A stretch of 32,776 bases of DNA from assembly GCA_045121735.1 (NCBI GenBank), contig JBGVGP010000202.1, positions 1 to 32,776 on the forward strand, given 5' to 3'. The notes under the pieces are model-generated. The model was not told the DNA's origin, searched no databases, and saw nothing but the letters and a program-made list of their open reading frames with translations. The DNA comes from Acutalibacteraceae bacterium. Its GTDB lineage: Bacteria; Bacillota; Clostridia; Oscillospirales; Acutalibacteraceae. Made by a program: the position numbers and the translations under genes. Shown here one piece after another: positions 30,692 to 32,776 of this stretch (position 1 is the first letter of the stretch; each line of letters begins with the position of its first letter).

Positions 30692-31500
30692 TTCAAATTC
30701 CTTCTCCAATGGAAAAGATACTGCTGTGCAATGCCCTCATTGCCTGTGAATACCTCGGGTAAGCCGTTGGGATACATCTCCTCCATTATACGCTTTACCC
30801 ATACATCAACGGGAAAAGCCTCAACTCTGCCAAAGCCGTAAAGGAGTGTACATTCGGCAACCTTTGCGCCTACTCCCTTTATTTTGCAAAGCTCCTGACG
30901 TGCCTGCTCAATGGGCATTTTTTCAATATCCTCAAGTGAGATTTCACCGTCATTGAGCTTCTGTACTGCATCGGCAATATATTTTGCCCTGAAGCCCGCA
31001 CGAAGGGGCGCAAGCTCCTCTGCAGTTATGCCCTTTAAGCTTTCATAAGAGGGGAAGGTGTAATCCTCATCGTTAAGCCTTTCACCGAAGGCTCTGCAAA
31101 GACGGTCTATTATGCCCTCAATTCTCGGAATATTATTGTTCTGCGAAATTATAAAGGAGCAAAGTGCCTCCCAGCTGTCCTGCTTTAAGATTCTTATTCC
31201 CTCATATTCACCGTAGGCCTTTTTAAAGCTTTCGTCGGCGCAAAGACCCTCACAGATTTTTTTATAGTCGCGCTTAAGATCAAAATATTCTTCAATAAGC
31301 CTGTCCGTTTCTTCATCGGTATTTTTGAAAATTATTCTGTTTTCATCCTGCTCAATATCAATTATTTTTCCCTTTACAACACCGTGAAAGCTGCCGTCCT
31401 CTTTTTTTCTCCAGCGGAAAGCCTGTCCGCAGAAAAGTGACAGCTCTATATCAAGGCAGGAAAAATTCTCTAAAACCGTGTTTTTCTCTATCTTTTCCAT
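30688..31500 (-). CDS. ogg: 8-oxoguanine DNA glycosylase / AP lyase (Ogg1-type, HhH-GPD)
   Basis: N-terminal OGG_N-like segment (FCGQAFRWRK) and HhH-GPD with catalytic Lys/Asp context IKGVGAKVAECTLLYGF...FPVDVWVKR. Confidence 0.75.
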   Translation of the reverse strand: MEKIEKNTVLENFSCLDIELSLFCGQAFRWRKKEDGSFHGVVKGKIIDIEQDENRIIFKNTDEETDRLIEEYFDLKRDYKKICEGLCADESFKKAYGEYEGIRILKQDSWEALCSFIISQNNNIPRIEGIIDRLCRAFGERLNDEDYTFPSYESLKGITAEELAPLRAGFRAKYIADAVQKLNDGEISLEDIEKMPIEQARQELCKIKGVGAKVAECTLLYGFGRVEAFPVDVWVKRIMEEMYPNGLPEVFTGNEGIAQQYLFHWRRNLK

Positions 31501-31603
31501 TTTTATACCTATTTTCTTTTTTTACTTGCAGGGTTAATTATACCATAATCGGGACATAAAAGCAACTTACAGGGTATATTTTAACCGTTTTATAAAAAAA
31601 CAC

Positions 31604-31632
31604 TTGCAACTTGACTTTCTTTGTGCTAGAAT
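31604..31632 (+). promoter_or_regulatory. Promoter of dnaA
   Basis: TTGCAA (31604-31609), 17 nt, TGc-TAGAAT (31624-31632). Confidence 0.55.
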
Positions 31633-31739
31633 TATAGAGTATGTAATTATGTTTTTTTATCTTTATATTTAATATATATATTTAATTATATATAAGGCAT
31701 TTTTGCATGATTATAAAAAATTAACACAGGAGGTTCAAT

Positions 31740-32776
31740 ATGGATTCTTTTGCTGAAATATGGCAACTTGTTCAACAGGAGCTTAAAAATCAGGTAACCG
31801 AAGTAGCCTACAATGTATGGCTCAGCCCTCTCGAATTCGTTAAGTTTGAAAACGACACGGTTTATCTTTCAATAAGCGAGTTCAAGAAAAATATTATAGC
31901 CGATAAATTTATGAATACTCTTACCGGTGCATTTGAAGCAATTCTCGGCTTTAAGGTTGAAATTGTTTTCCTTGTTCCCGGTGAAACCAAAGCACAGGAA
32001 AAGGCACAGACAGAGGAAGTACAGTCCTTTGAGCACGATTACACCTTTGATAATTTTATCACAGGCCCTTCAAACCGTTTTGCTCACGCGGCTGCACTCA
32101 ACGTTGCAAATAATCCGGGTATTGCCTATAACCCTCTTTTCATTTACGGTCATTCAGGTCTTGGTAAAACCCACCTTCTTCTTGCAATAATGAATGAAAT
32201 CAAGCTTCAGCGTCCCGATGCAAAAATTATTTACACAAGCGGTGAGCTTTTCACAAACGAGCTTATCTACTACATCGGAAATCATAACACCTATGCCTTC
32301 CACGAAAAGTACAGAAACTGTGACGTGCTGCTTGTTGACGATATTCAGTTTATCGCAAAGACAGAAACAACCCAGGAGGAATTCTTCCACACCTTCAACG
32401 CACTTAAAAATAACGGCAGTCAGATTGTTCTTACCTCTGACCGTCCTCCGAGAGAAATGATGACCCTTGAGGAGAGACTCCGTACCCGTTTTGAAATGGG
32501 ACTTATCGCTGACGTTCAGCCTCCCACACTCGAAACAAGAATGGCTATTGTCAAAAAGAAGTCTGACGACCTTAACATCATCCTCGGTGACGACGTTATC
32601 AAGTTCATTGCAGAAAATATTAAAAAGAATATCCGTCAGCTTGAGGGTATTGTTAAAAAGATTTGTGCTTACCGCGATGTTGAGGGCTCTTCTCCCAGCA
32701 TTGCCGTTGCTAAAAGAGCTATAAGCGACATTATTAACGACAGTCAGCCTACTCCCGTAACCGTTGAAACTATCAT
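31740..32776 (+). CDS. dnaA: Chromosomal replication initiator DnaA (5' partial, runs off the window)
   Basis: My own translation from the ATG at 31740 (RBS ACAGGAGGT) gives MDSFAEIWQLVQQELK...YTFDNFITGPSNRFAHAAA...GHSGLGKTHLL (Walker A)...LLVDDIQF (Walker B)...LTSDRPP. It is open to the window end and absent from the ORF track because it has no stop. Confidence 0.9.
   Translation, partial: MDSFAEIWQLVQQELKNQVTEVAYNVWLSPLEFVKFENDTVYLSISEFKKNIIADKFMNTLTGAFEAILGFKVEIVFLVPGETKAQEKAQTEEVQSFEHDYTFDNFITGPSNRFAHAAALNVANNPGIAYNPLFIYGHSGLGKTHLLLAIMNEIKLQRPDAKIIYTSGELFTNELIYYIGNHNTYAFHEKYRNCDVLLVDDIQFIAKTETTQEEFFHTFNALKNNGSQIVLTSDRPPREMMTLEERLRTRFEMGLIADVQPPTLETRMAIVKKKSDDLNIILGDDVIKFIAENIKKNIRQLEGIVKKICAYRDVEGSSPSIAVAKRAISDIINDSQPTPVTVETI

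Overview
This 32.8-kb window looks like an origin-proximal chromosomal segment, with a partial dnaA running off the right edge from 31740. The host is probably a mid-GC Firmicute of the Clostridia / Oscillospiraceae (Ruminococcus-like) type. That guess rests only on protein repertoire and sequence style and cannot be verified here. I can support 31 protein-coding genes, one tRNA-Thr(CGU), one TPP riboswitch, and a set of sigma-70-like promoters and intrinsic terminators.

Gene content is ordinary. It includes a heterodimeric ABC exporter pair and a TPP-riboswitch-controlled ThiXYZ-like pyrimidine-salvage transporter in which permease and binding protein are fused. It also includes QueH, rubrerythrin, an ABC-F ATPase, RF2 (prfB) in a single frame with no programmed frameshift, GlyRS, Nth and Ogg DNA glycosylases, and two metallophosphoesterases. 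Four small regulatory modules are each tied to a membrane protein: ECF sigma/anti-sigma, a membrane-anchored MerR-like protein, PadR plus membrane protein, and XRE plus membrane protein. I saw no transposase, integrase, phage gene, CRISPR array or recognisable defence or toxin system.

The unusual signal is non-coding. Almost every 3' or convergent intergenic region is built from a small vocabulary of reused modules:
- A ~50-nt element (4 copies) in which two mirror-image polypyrimidine tracts and a matching polypurine tract co-vary. It could form a triplex or act as a two-state switch.
- A companion module (2 copies) with a perfect GTCAAAATC-N3-GATTTTGAC palindrome flanked by mirror polypurine tracts.
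- A 27-nt GGTACGCC hairpin element (2 copies).
- At least 11 tandem arrays of 7-nt repeats, many starting within 3 nt of a stop codon.
- Three families of near-identical terminator hairpins.

The 658-bp prfB-padR spacer is a dense mosaic of these modules. All structural and functional readings are inference from sequence only.
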